Source of the DNA: an uncultured Acidimicrobiales bacterium
GTDB taxonomy: Bacteria > Actinomycetota > Acidimicrobiia > Acidimicrobiales > RAAP-2
Assembly (NCBI GenBank): GCA_963699085.1
Contig: CAVOTH010000002.1
Coordinates: forward strand, 55,106 to 119,105
Direction of reading: 5' to 3'
Length of the DNA stretch: 64,000 bases
The notes beneath the pieces are model-generated. The model worked only from the letters and a program-made list of their open reading frames with translations, was not told the DNA's origin and did no database searches. Below, one piece after another: positions 24,896 through 34,235 of the stretch (positions are counted from its first letter, which is position 1; each line of letters opens with the position of its first letter). Position numbers and translations under genes: made by a program.

Positions 24896-27835
24896 ATGAG
24901 GTCTACCTGGCGGGGCACACTGGCGTTGGTCATCGTGTTGATTTCGGCACTATTTGTCGTTGGGGCATCACCTCAGTCGGCGCAAGCATCGGCTCCCCAA
25001 CCTGACACGACGTGGACTGGAGTCCCGGTGATAAACGGCGGATTTCCCGTGAGGGCGGTGTCCTGCACCTCGTTCTCATTTTGTGTCGCAGTAGGCGAAT
25101 GGTCGTACGGGGGTGCAGACGGAATTGTCTTCAACGGCAATTCTTGGGGCACGCCTCAGGAGCTTGACCCGATGAACGACCTGTTCTCCGTCTCATGCGC
25201 GACTACGACCTACTGTGTGGCCGTTGGTCCAGCCGGGGCCTATCTATTCAATGGACAGCAGTGGTCTCAGCTGCCTGCGATCGCTGGCTTGAACGGATTC
25301 CTCACTTCGGTGTCCTGCGCGTCCGACTCGTTCTGTGTGGCCATGGGCAACTTTGACGGATCCCCCGAGACGAGCACGGCCTATGTCCTCGATGGCACCA
25401 CCTGGAGCCAGTCCGTGCCACTGTCCGCTTCGTCGGAGTACCCCGCGGTGTCCTGTCAATCGGAATCGTGGTGCATGGCCGTGGGGGCGGGCGCAGAGCT
25501 CTGGAACGGAATCTCGTGGACGAGCGTGGCACCTGCGCTCCCGGAATTCGACCTGTTGACGGTGGTGTCCTGTCCTGACGCATCGACTTGCACAGCCATG
25601 GACTCCGACGGGTCTGCATGGACCTTCGACAACGGTGCATGGACGTCCGAGCCGGTGTTCACCAACCTCTCCTCGACTTCGATCTCCTGCGTGTCGGCGA
25701 CGTCTTGCGTGGCATCGGACGTCCATAGCGACATCGCCACGCTTGGCGGATCGACATGGACGGACGGCCCGAGCCCACTCGAGCCGGTCAGTGGAACCGA
25801 GGGAGGACCGAGTCTTGCGATCTCCTGTTCTGACGCGACCTTCTGTGCCGCGGTGGATGACGGCGGAAACGTCTGGTATGACAACTTTGGAACGTGGACG
25901 ACAAGCGCTCGACAGGTAATCGACAATGCGTCCCTCGACCTGTCCTGCGTGTCGCAGTCGTTCTGCATGGCCGTGGATACGAATGGTGACTATCTGACCT
26001 ATGACGGTTCGACCTGGAGCGAACCCGCGGTGACCATGCCAGACGAAATCTTCATGGACTCCGTGTCCTGTGTCTCGTCCGACTTCTGCGTCGCAACGGA
26101 CTATTCGGGGCATACGCTCGTCTATGACGGCACCGACTGGAGCGCCTCCGGGTGGATCGGAAACGGCTATTCGTCGAAAGTCTCGTGCGCCAGCCAGACG
26201 TTCTGCGTCCAGGTCGGCGGCACCGATGAGACGACGTTCGACGGGACGAACTGGAGCACTCCGGTTCCCATCTCGACCTCTGAGCTCACCACCGTTTCCT
26301 GCTCGTCGGCAGACTTCTGCGCCGCTTTCGACCAAAACGGTGATGCGTATACCTTCAATGGGGCCAGCTGGACTGAAGAATCGGCGATAGTGAACCCTGG
26401 CGTCGACACGGTGGTGGAGGCGGTTTCCTGCCCATCAGATGGGTTCTGCGTTGCCGTAGACAGTTCGGGCGACGGGATCAGCTATCAGAGCGGTGTCTGG
26501 ACGCTCGACCCGGTAGTGAACACGGTCCATGGATTCGCAATGGGCCTCTTCAATGTCTCCTGCGCGTCGTCCACGTTCTGTGTCGGTGTCGGTAGCATCG
26601 GCTCGACCGTGGTCTTCAACGGGGTCAACTGGACGCCCGGTCAAACCATCGGCAGTCTGAATGTCAACGCGGTCTCCTGTCCGTCGACGACGTTCTGTGA
26701 AGCCGCGGAAACGAACGGCGCCATCCATACGATGTATGTCGACACCACTTCGGTGACTGCGGCCACCAGTGTGCCCACGGCCACAGTCGGACAGCCGGTC
26801 ACCTATACGGCCGCGGTGGCGACATCCGAGTCGGCCATCGCCTCTGTTCCTGACCGGAACGTCACCTTCTCGGTGGGCTCCGATGTGCTCTGCACCACCA
26901 CCCTGGTGGCATCGACGGCGCAGTGCCAGTCGACAAATGCACCGGTGGGCACCGACCAGGTGACCGCGACCTACAGCGGAGACATCCATTTCAGTAGCAG
27001 TCAGACGGCTGTTTCCCTGGCCATCGTCCCGGCGGACGCCCCTCCGGCGGTGACCTCGCCGGACGCGGCGGCGTTCCTCGCCGGATCAGTGGGCTCATTT
27101 ACGGTGACCACCACCGGCTACCCGATTCCCACGATTGTCGAGGTCGGCGCGCTGCCGTCGGGAGTCACCTTCATCGATGGACCCGATGGAACAGCAACCC
27201 TGAGCGGCGATCCGACCGAGAGCGGAACCTTCCCCATTCAGATCCAGGCATCCAATGGACTGAGCCCCGGCGCGGACCAGTCGTTTGAACTCACCGTTTC
27301 TCCGCCATCTCCTCCGACGTTCACGTCTGCCGACAGCGCCACGTTCGTGGTCGGTGTCCCCGGCGGATTCACGGTCAGTGCGATCGGGCCGCCGGCGCCT
27401 ACGTTCAGCGTGTCTCCGGCACTTCCCTCCGGGCTCACTCTTGATCGGACAACCGGGCTCATTTCCGGCACGCCGGTGGCCCCGGGTATACACCGACTGA
27501 CGCTCAACGCCACCAATGGAGCGCATCCGAACGCAACCCAGGTGTTCACCCTGACGGTGGTCGCAATGCAAGTGGCGACCACTGCATTACCGGCGGCCAC
27601 ACCCGGCTCCCCCTATGCGCAATCGTTGGTGGTGCTCGGAGGCACCGGGCCGTACAAGTGGACGACCCCGACGGTTCTACCCAAGGGACTCAAACTCAGT
27701 CTGACCGGGCAGCTCTCCGGTACCACCAGTCGCAAAGCGGTCCCCGGGACCTATCCGATCGTGGTGAAGGTGACCGATTCAACGCCCAAGCATCACCTCG
27801 TGGCCACTGCCACTCTTTCCTTGACGGTGCTGTGA
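24896..27835 (+). CDS. secreted protein: 14 Cx5C repeats (propeller-like), one Ig-like domain, three He_PIG-like Ig domains
   Basis: ATG 24896 is preceded by GGAG. Signal peptide MRSTWRGTLALVIVLISALFVVGASPQSAQA. Fourteen units (V/I/L)SC.....C.A(V/M)....G....(F/Y).G..W. Then VTATYSGDIHFSSS (Ig-like) and three LPSG(V/L)T...G(T/L)(L/I)SGTP-type modules. Confidence 0.85.
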   Translation: MRSTWRGTLALVIVLISALFVVGASPQSAQASAPQPDTTWTGVPVINGGFPVRAVSCTSFSFCVAVGEWSYGGADGIVFNGNSWGTPQELDPMNDLFSVSCATTTYCVAVGPAGAYLFNGQQWSQLPAIAGLNGFLTSVSCASDSFCVAMGNFDGSPETSTAYVLDGTTWSQSVPLSASSEYPAVSCQSESWCMAVGAGAELWNGISWTSVAPALPEFDLLTVVSCPDASTCTAMDSDGSAWTFDNGAWTSEPVFTNLSSTSISCVSATSCVASDVHSDIATLGGSTWTDGPSPLEPVSGTEGGPSLAISCSDATFCAAVDDGGNVWYDNFGTWTTSARQVIDNASLDLSCVSQSFCMAVDTNGDYLTYDGSTWSEPAVTMPDEIFMDSVSCVSSDFCVATDYSGHTLVYDGTDWSASGWIGNGYSSKVSCASQTFCVQVGGTDETTFDGTNWSTPVPISTSELTTVSCSSADFCAAFDQNGDAYTFNGASWTEESAIVNPGVDTVVEAVSCPSDGFCVAVDSSGDGISYQSGVWTLDPVVNTVHGFAMGLFNVSCASSTFCVGVGSIGSTVVFNGVNWTPGQTIGSLNVNAVSCPSTTFCEAAETNGAIHTMYVDTTSVTAATSVPTATVGQPVTYTAAVATSESAIASVPDRNVTFSVGSDVLCTTTLVASTAQCQSTNAPVGTDQVTATYSGDIHFSSSQTAVSLAIVPADAPPAVTSPDAAAFLAGSVGSFTVTTTGYPIPTIVEVGALPSGVTFIDGPDGTATLSGDPTESGTFPIQIQASNGLSPGADQSFELTVSPPSPPTFTSADSATFVVGVPGGFTVSAIGPPAPTFSVSPALPSGLTLDRTTGLISGTPVAPGIHRLTLNATNGAHPNATQVFTLTVVAMQVATTALPAATPGSPYAQSLVVLGGTGPYKWTTPTVLPKGLKLSLTGQLSGTTSRKAVPGTYPIVVKVTDSTPKHHLVATATLSLTVL

Positions 27836-27849
27836 ATCTCGGTGAGGCT

Positions 27850-27872
27850 CCGCAGGCCCCTTCGGCCTGCGG
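27850..27872 (+). terminator. stem-loop immediately after the repeat-protein gene
   Basis: CCGCAGGCC-CCTTC-GGCCTGCGG, a perfect 9-bp GC-rich stem 15 nt after stop 27835. No U-tract, which is common in high-GC actinobacteria. Confidence 0.45.
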
Positions 27873-28032
27873 GCTGATCAGGCGCAAAATGGGAGCAGAG
27901 ACAGTCTGCGGGTCATCCGAACCCGATGTCCGGTAGGCTGGCCGTTCACGCTGAGCGGGGACTCCCGTTGACTCCGTTCCATCCGATCGGGTTCACCTTG
28001 TCGCCTCCTCTGAGCTCGTCTCGAGGAGATCC

Positions 28033-29178
28033 ATGTCCTACGCCCCCGACAATCACGCGCCTTCGTCGCGCCCACCCGGTTCGTTGTCCGACCCGCGTCC
28101 GACAGCTGTCGTCTACTGCGAGGCCAACTTCGGCCAGGCCGATGGCAAGACGGCCAACGGTCTCGTCCGCCATTCCGAGCGCTACAGGATCCTGTCGGTC
28201 ATCGACAGTCACCAGGCGGGAGGTGACACCGGAGTGCTCCTCGGCGAGAAGCCCAATGGCATTCCTGTCGTGTCGGACCTGACCGAGGCGATCCGGCTCC
28301 ACGGGCTCACCCCGGACTTCCTGATCTTCGGCGTCGCTCCTACGAGCGGAATGCTCTCGCCCGTCGAACGCCAGGTGCTCCTCGGTGCCATGGAGCGACG
28401 GATGAGCATCGTCAACGGACTGCACGAGTTCCTCAATGAAGATCCGGAGTTCGCCGCGGCTGCTGCCGAATTCGGGGTGACCATCCTCGACGTGCGCCGG
28501 CCGCGGGACAAGAAGGATCTCCGGATGTTCAGCGGCAGGATCGCCGAGGTCACCTGCCCGAGAATCGCCGTGCTCGGTACCGACGGCGCCATCGGAAAGC
28601 GGACCACCGCCACCATCCTGACCAAGGCACTCAACGACAATGGCATCAAGGCCGTCCTGGTGGGGACCGGACAGACCGGACTCATCCAGGGGGCCCGTTA
28701 CGGTGTGGCGCTCGACGCCATTCCGTGCCAGTTCTGCTCGGGAGAGATGGAGGCGGCGGTCCTGGACGCATTCGAAGGCGAGCAGCCGGACGTCATCGTC
28801 ATCGAGGGCCAAGGGGCGCTCAGCCACCCGGCGTATCTCAGCTCCACCTTCATCCTCCGGGGAGGCCGGCCCAACGGTGTGATCCTGCAGCACGCTCCGG
28901 CACGACGGAAGCTCGGTGACTTCGCCGACGTCCCCACCCCGAATCCGGCCAGCGAGATCAATCTCATCCAGACCTTCGCCGACACCAAGGTGATCGGATT
29001 GACCATCAACCACGAGAACATGAGCGACGCCGAGATCACCGCCGCCATCACGTTGTACGAGCTGGAATTGGGGATTCCGGCCACCGACGCACTCACCCGA
29101 CCGGCGGAACGACTCGTCGAGATGGTGGTGAGCGCCTTCCCCGAGCTCGACCGGAAGCCGGTCGCCCGGGCATCGTGA
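28033..29178 (+). CDS. DUF1611 family protein
   Basis: 381-aa ORF with the family layout as I recall it: N-terminal Rossmann-like part (AVVYCEANFGQADGKTANGLVR) and P-loop-like VLGTDGAIGKRTT. GAGGAG lies 5 nt upstream of the ATG. The antisense ORF 27946..29184 was rejected. Confidence 0.85.
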   Translation: MSYAPDNHAPSSRPPGSLSDPRPTAVVYCEANFGQADGKTANGLVRHSERYRILSVIDSHQAGGDTGVLLGEKPNGIPVVSDLTEAIRLHGLTPDFLIFGVAPTSGMLSPVERQVLLGAMERRMSIVNGLHEFLNEDPEFAAAAAEFGVTILDVRRPRDKKDLRMFSGRIAEVTCPRIAVLGTDGAIGKRTTATILTKALNDNGIKAVLVGTGQTGLIQGARYGVALDAIPCQFCSGEMEAAVLDAFEGEQPDVIVIEGQGALSHPAYLSSTFILRGGRPNGVILQHAPARRKLGDFADVPTPNPASEINLIQTFADTKVIGLTINHENMSDAEITAAITLYELELGIPATDALTRPAERLVEMVVSAFPELDRKPVARAS

Positions 29179-30311
29179 CCGCACCGAGGTTGGAGATCGA
29201 TCTCGATCTCATCGGGCACAACGCCCGGGTCCTCGTCCAGAGACTCGAACCACTGGGGATCGAGGTCTGTGGGGTGACGAAGGCCACGATGGGCTCCCCC
29301 GAGGTCGCACGCGAGCTCCTTGCCGCCGGTGTTGCCTCGCTCGGTGAATCCCGCATCGAGAACGTCGAATCCTTGAGGCGGGCAGGGATCACGGCTCCGA
29401 TCATGCTGATCCGTTCACCGATGATCAGCCAGGCCGACCGCGTTGTCGCCGGCGTTGACGTGAGCCTCAACACCGAGATCGACGTCATCGATCGGCTGGC
29501 GCGCTCGGCCGGCAGGCAGGGGAAGTCCCATGGCATCGTGCTCATGGTCGAACTGGGCGACCTGCGCGAGGGGATCATGCCCGGCGACCTGGTGGACACG
29601 GTCCGCACGGCGCTGCGGTTCCCGGGGATCGAGCTGCGGGGCATCGGGACCAACCTGGCATGCCAGAGCGGCGCGATCCCCGACAACTCGAACATGGCCG
29701 AACTGTCCGCTCTCGCCGCTCTGGTCGAGGTGACCTTCGGGATCCACCTCGACATCGTCTCGGGCGGCAATTCGGCCAATCTCCCGTGGGCTCTCGGTTC
29801 ACAGGTCGACATCGGTCGCGTCAACCAACTTCGCCTCGGTGAATCGATCCTCCTCGGTCGGGAGCCGATCCAGCGCTCGGTCCTCGAGGGTCTGCACAGT
29901 GAAGCCGTATCGATCGTAGGTGAGGTGATCGAGTCCAAGTTGAAGCCCTGCCAACCTCGAGGGACCAGAGGTCAGACCGCGTTCGGGACCCGGGAATATC
30001 GCCAACCGGTTCGACGTCAGGGCCACCAGGTGATCGTGGCACTGGGCCGCCAGGACCTCGACACCGACGGAATAGTCGCCCCTCCGGAATTCGACCTTCT
30101 GGGATCCAGCAGCGACCATCTGGTCCTCAACAGCGGAGTGAGCGTTCCCGAAGTGGGTTCGGAGATCCGATTCGGAGTGAACTACAGCGCCCTGATGAGT
30201 GCGATGGCCTCACCGTTCGTGTCCCGCCGGTACCTACGGAGCGGCCATGCACAGCCGGCGGATGCCGATGGGTGCTTGAGCCCGTCCTCGTCTATAGCCC
30301 GTTCCTTATAG
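29175..30311 (+). CDS. alanine/ornithine racemase-family PLP-dependent enzyme (predicted amino-acid racemase)
   Basis: The GTG start overlaps the upstream stop (GTGA). N-terminal TIM-barrel pattern with PLP lysine context CGVTKATMG, then SGGNS. Confidence 0.8.
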   Translation: MTAPRLEIDLDLIGHNARVLVQRLEPLGIEVCGVTKATMGSPEVARELLAAGVASLGESRIENVESLRRAGITAPIMLIRSPMISQADRVVAGVDVSLNTEIDVIDRLARSAGRQGKSHGIVLMVELGDLREGIMPGDLVDTVRTALRFPGIELRGIGTNLACQSGAIPDNSNMAELSALAALVEVTFGIHLDIVSGGNSANLPWALGSQVDIGRVNQLRLGESILLGREPIQRSVLEGLHSEAVSIVGEVIESKLKPCQPRGTRGQTAFGTREYRQPVRRQGHQVIVALGRQDLDTDGIVAPPEFDLLGSSSDHLVLNSGVSVPEVGSEIRFGVNYSALMSAMASPFVSRRYLRSGHAQPADADGCLSPSSSIARSL

Positions 30312-30345
30312 AGGGCCATAGAGCGGGATCACCATCCCGTGCCAA

Positions 30346-30858
30346 CTACTCGCCGTCGTGACCTGTGGGTGGCCCTACCTGTGGGCCGAGTTCGGGCTCG
30401 AACGACGTCGAGTAGAGGTCGAACCGGCGTTGCCAGAAATCGGGGGCCGCGGTGATCCCTGCCAGACGATCCAGGCAGACATCCCAGCCGGCGGCGTTGC
30501 GGGCGGCAGCCGATGGCGGAAGCTGGTCGAACATCACCAGGCGGGTCCCACCGTCGGACTCGGTCAGCTCGAACCGCAGGATCTCTTCGCCCCAACTGAA
30601 CGAAAGTGAACGAGGCTCGTCGGAGACGAGGACCTCACCGGTGAGTACGGTCCCGTCCATCTCCACTCCGAAGTGGAAGGCGATCTCGGCTCCCACCCTC
30701 CATTCGCCGCCGGCCACGACCACATCGCAGGGGAACCAGCTCCGCAGCTGCTCCCGGTCGGTCAGTGCCGACCAGACGACGGAGGGGGGATCGACCAGCA
30801 ATCGCTCCAATCGGATGCTCGGTCGCTCCGCTCCGGTGAGGATGACGGCGTCGGTCAT
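30346..30858 (-). CDS. SRPBCC (AHSA1/START-like) domain protein
   Basis: IRLERLLVDPPSVVWSALTDREQLRSWF is a typical AHSA1-like start. ATGA overlap with the upstream ArsR gene. Confidence 0.85.
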   Translation of the reverse strand: MTDAVILTGAERPSIRLERLLVDPPSVVWSALTDREQLRSWFPCDVVVAGGEWRVGAEIAFHFGVEMDGTVLTGEVLVSDEPRSLSFSWGEEILRFELTESDGGTRLVMFDQLPPSAAARNAAGWDVCLDRLAGITAAPDFWQRRFDLYSTSFEPELGPQVGPPTGHDGE

Positions 30859-31172
30859 GGTCTCCTCTGCTGTTCCAGGTGGGATTCCAAACGATCCAGA
30901 TGGGCGATCCAGAAGGTGCGATAGGGGGCGAGCCAGTCGTCGAGCGCTTCCAGAGGTCCGGGACTGATCCGGTAGAGGCGGCGCTGGCCCTCGGCACGGA
31001 CATCGACCATGCCGGCGTCTTTGAGCACGCGGAGATGCTTCGACACCGCCGGCTGGCTCAGGGAGAGATGATCGACCAGCTCGCCGACCGGTCGTTCCCC
31101 GTCACGGAGAAGGTCGAGGATGGCGCGACGGCTCGGTTCGGCGAGGACATCGAAGGCGATCAGGGTGTTCAC
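30855..31172 (-). CDS. ArsR/SmtB family transcriptional regulator
   Basis: FDVLAEPSRRAILDLL...VGELVDHLSLSQPAVSKHLRVLKDAGMV. GTG start at 31172. Confidence 0.9.
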   Translation of the reverse strand: MNTLIAFDVLAEPSRRAILDLLRDGERPVGELVDHLSLSQPAVSKHLRVLKDAGMVDVRAEGQRRLYRISPGPLEALDDWLAPYRTFWIAHLDRLESHLEQQRRP

Positions 31173-31174
31173 TC

Positions 31175-31202
31175 AGCTATATAACCAGAGTGGTATATAG
31201 CT
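31175..31202. promoter_or_regulatory. ArsR-type operator candidate (imperfect 12/13-bp inverted repeat)
   Basis: AGCTATATAACCA-GAG-TGGTATATAGCT, A/T-rich, beginning 3 nt upstream of the ArsR GTG and 130 nt upstream of the divergent LLM gene. Confidence 0.5.
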
Positions 31203-31333
31203 GTCAAGGCATTCAGGGCGACGAGTTCGATCTCGATGCACTTGCCGTTGATCCGTAGTACCTGCCCTGGGAGTTGCCGAGGGGCGGCCGCAATCGTGGG
31301 GCAGGTGGATCCGTCCGTGAAAGGCTGTGGCCC

Positions 31334-32200
31334 ATGGAGATTGGTGTCGCGTACCCCCAGACCGAGCTGCGCGGGGACCCCACCGGTGTTCGCCGGTTTG
31401 CGGAGGCGGTCGAAGCACTCGGATTCGATCATCTTCTTGCCTACGAACATGTTCTCGGCGCCGTTCATGCTGATCGATCGCCGGCACTTTCGGGCCCCTA
31501 TTCCGAGCGCGATCCGTTTCATGACCCGTTCGTGATGTTCGCCTACCTGGCGGGCATCACCGACCGGATCCGATTCACCACCGGGATCCTGGTCCTTCCG
31601 CAGCGCCAGACTGCGCTTGTGGCTCGCCAAGCTGCCGACGTCGACCTCTTTTCCGGGGGTCGGCTGCGGCTCGGTGTGGGAATCGGCTGGAACCATGTCG
31701 AGTACGAGGCCCTCGGGCAGGACTTCCACACCCGTGGGGCCCGCCAGGAGGAGCAGATCGAGTTGCTCCGGCATCTGTTCACCGGGCGCGTCGTCGACTT
31801 CTCGGGTCGCTTCGACCGAGTTGACCGGGCGGCACTCGTGCCCAGGCCTTCGGGTTCAATTCCGATCTGGCTCGGCGGGTCGAGCGAGAAGGCGCTAGAT
31901 CGGGCCGCCCGGCTCGCCGACGGGTTCATCTTCTTCGGTGGTGGTGTCGAGAGCGCGATCGATGGCTGGACAGGGCTACGTGAGCGTGTTGCCCGTCTCG
32001 GTAAGCCAGCTGAATCCTTCGGCGGCGACTACGTGGCGCTCAGTGGTGGTGATCTGGGCGAACTCACGAGAGAGGCCGAGGCGTGGCGCACTGCTGGCGG
32101 GACGCACGTCTCAGTGGTCACGATGGGCCTGGGCCTGGATTCGGTCGAGGCTCACATCGACTACATCTCGTTGATCTCGGATCGTCTCGGTTTGTCGTAG
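31334..32200 (+). CDS. LLM-class F420-dependent oxidoreductase
   Basis: MEIGVAYPQTE...GFDHLLAYEHV...ILVLPQRQTALVARQAADVDLFSGGRLRLGVGIGW. ATG 31334 is preferred over the listed 31274. Confidence 0.85.
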   Translation: MEIGVAYPQTELRGDPTGVRRFAEAVEALGFDHLLAYEHVLGAVHADRSPALSGPYSERDPFHDPFVMFAYLAGITDRIRFTTGILVLPQRQTALVARQAADVDLFSGGRLRLGVGIGWNHVEYEALGQDFHTRGARQEEQIELLRHLFTGRVVDFSGRFDRVDRAALVPRPSGSIPIWLGGSSEKALDRAARLADGFIFFGGGVESAIDGWTGLRERVARLGKPAESFGGDYVALSGGDLGELTREAEAWRTAGGTHVSVVTMGLGLDSVEAHIDYISLISDRLGLS

Positions 32201-32233
32201 CCGCCCGACCGGGCTCCGTGAACGTCCGCCGGT

Positions 32234-34201
32234 TCAGATGGCCGACAGCTGGTGATCCAGCGCGAAGGTCTCCTCGACGAGCGCCGGCTCGAGCGGATAG
32301 CCGAGGAGGAATCCCTGCATGGAATCGCACTCGAGCTTCCGGACGATCGAGAGCTCGGTCTCGGTCTCCACCCCTTCGGCGACGACTTCCAGGCCGAGGT
32401 CGTGGGCCAGGCGGACCACGGCACCGATGATCCTCGTGTCACCGTGCTGAGCCACGTCCTGGACGAATCCACGGTCCACCTTGAGCTGATCGACCGGGAA
32501 CCGGCGCAGATAGGCCAACGACGAGTATCCGGTGCCGAAGTCGTCGATGGACAGGCGGACCCCGAGCTCCTTCAGATCGCCCAGCACGGACTCGTAACTG
32601 GCATGCTCGCCGAGCAGGATGCTCTCGGTGATCTCCAGGATCAGTGCTCCGGGTCGGATGCCGGTCGCCGACAGTGCGTCCGACACCAGGGTCACGAACT
32701 CGGGATCGGCGAGCTGGCGCCCCGACACGTTGACGGCCATCGACAAATTGTCCCCGAGAAGCGGATTCCAGGCGACCGCCTGGCGGCAGGCCTCGCTGAG
32801 CACCCAGGCCCCGAGGGACGGCATGAGGCCGGACTCCTCGGCCACGGGGATGAAGTCGACCGGAGAGATGGCACCTCGTTCGTCATGGTCCCAACGGCAG
32901 AGGGCTTCGAATCCGACCAGATGACGATCGCCGGCGTCGAATACCGGCTGGTAGGCGAGGTGTAGATCGCGATGCTCCAACGCCACGTGCAACTCACTGG
33001 CCATGGCGAATGCCGCCGTGAGCCCGTTGCGGCCCAGGTGGACCACCGAGACCTGATTGCGTCCGGCCCGCTTCACGCCATACATCGTCATGTCCGCCTG
33101 AGCGAGGACGTCCTCGGGGCTGTGATCGGAGTCGGTGGCGACGGCCACCCCGATGCTGGCGGTCATGTACAGAGGTTCACCGGAGATGATGATCGGCTCG
33201 GCGATGACAGCTTGCAGCCGGCGGGCCAGCGCTTCTGCTTCGACGATCGGATCGGCAAGATCCTGGAAGAGGGCCACGAACTCGTCCCCACCGAACCGGG
33301 TGATGATGTCCTCGGGCCGCATTTCGTTGGACAGTCGTCGGGCCACGGCGGTCAAGAGCTCATCCCCGGAACCATGCCCGAACGAGTCGTTCACCGACTT
33401 GAAGTTGTCGAGGTCGATGAACACGACAGCCAGCCCGCCGGAGTGCCGGGCGATCCGGGCGATCGAAGCCTCGAGTCGAGCGAGGAACACGGTTCGATTG
33501 GCAAGCCCGGTGAGCTGATCGTGACTGGCGAGGTGTAACAGGCGCTCATGGAGCTCCTGGAGTTCGGAGTCGTACTGCTTGGCCATCCGGACCATGCTGG
33601 CGTTGCAACTCTGGGCGACCATGTCGGTCGCCGCGGCGAGGGTGGAGAAGCTCGTGCCGAGTCGGCGCCCCTCCTCCTCGAGGACCTGGCACGTCGCGTC
33701 CTTCCACCACAGGTTCAACTTCATGAACAGCGCAACGGACAAGACGCCTGAGGGACCATTCTCGGAGTCCTCGACCAGTCGCCGCTCGACCTGGTTGTCC
33801 ACCGATCGATCGGCGATGGCGCTGTCCTGATCGATAGCGGCCGCACTTCCTACCGAGGCGATCCGGGTGCGGGCGGAGTCGTCGGCGGGGTCGCCGGTCT
33901 GGAGCCAGTCGGCAATGGAGGTGACGGCCAGGGCGACCAGGTCCCACAGCGGATGGCGGGACGCCGATTCCAGGCTCACATCGGAGGTTTTGGCCACGGA
34001 TTTGGCCTGGCAGTACCCGAGGACGTCGTCACTCCGGGCCCGTAGGGCCGCGCCGAGCTCGAATCGCTCGTCCCTGGCACGTTGGAGAGCGATCCGTGCA
34101 TGGGTGTCGTCCGGCGCCTCGCGGGGGAAACCCCACGTGAGGGGATGCATGTCCATAGTGGGGTATCGACGCCTGTGACCTGCACCTTGAGGCACGCCCA
34201 T
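32234..34201 (-). CDS. GGDEF-EAL protein (diguanylate cyclase/phosphodiesterase) with an unassigned ~230-aa N-terminal domain
   Basis: Intact RFGGDEFV, FEALCRW, DDFGTGYSSL and EGVETE. The start may be 34201, 34156 or 34150. Confidence 0.9.
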   Translation of the reverse strand: MGVPQGAGHRRRYPTMDMHPLTWGFPREAPDDTHARIALQRARDERFELGAALRARSDDVLGYCQAKSVAKTSDVSLESASRHPLWDLVALAVTSIADWLQTGDPADDSARTRIASVGSAAAIDQDSAIADRSVDNQVERRLVEDSENGPSGVLSVALFMKLNLWWKDATCQVLEEEGRRLGTSFSTLAAATDMVAQSCNASMVRMAKQYDSELQELHERLLHLASHDQLTGLANRTVFLARLEASIARIARHSGGLAVVFIDLDNFKSVNDSFGHGSGDELLTAVARRLSNEMRPEDIITRFGGDEFVALFQDLADPIVEAEALARRLQAVIAEPIIISGEPLYMTASIGVAVATDSDHSPEDVLAQADMTMYGVKRAGRNQVSVVHLGRNGLTAAFAMASELHVALEHRDLHLAYQPVFDAGDRHLVGFEALCRWDHDERGAISPVDFIPVAEESGLMPSLGAWVLSEACRQAVAWNPLLGDNLSMAVNVSGRQLADPEFVTLVSDALSATGIRPGALILEITESILLGEHASYESVLGDLKELGVRLSIDDFGTGYSSLAYLRRFPVDQLKVDRGFVQDVAQHGDTRIIGAVVRLAHDLGLEVVAEGVETETELSIVRKLECDSMQGFLLGYPLEPALVEETFALDHQLSAI

Positions 34202-34235
34202 CGCCTGGGACCAGGGCAGCGAGTGCCCCCACTGA

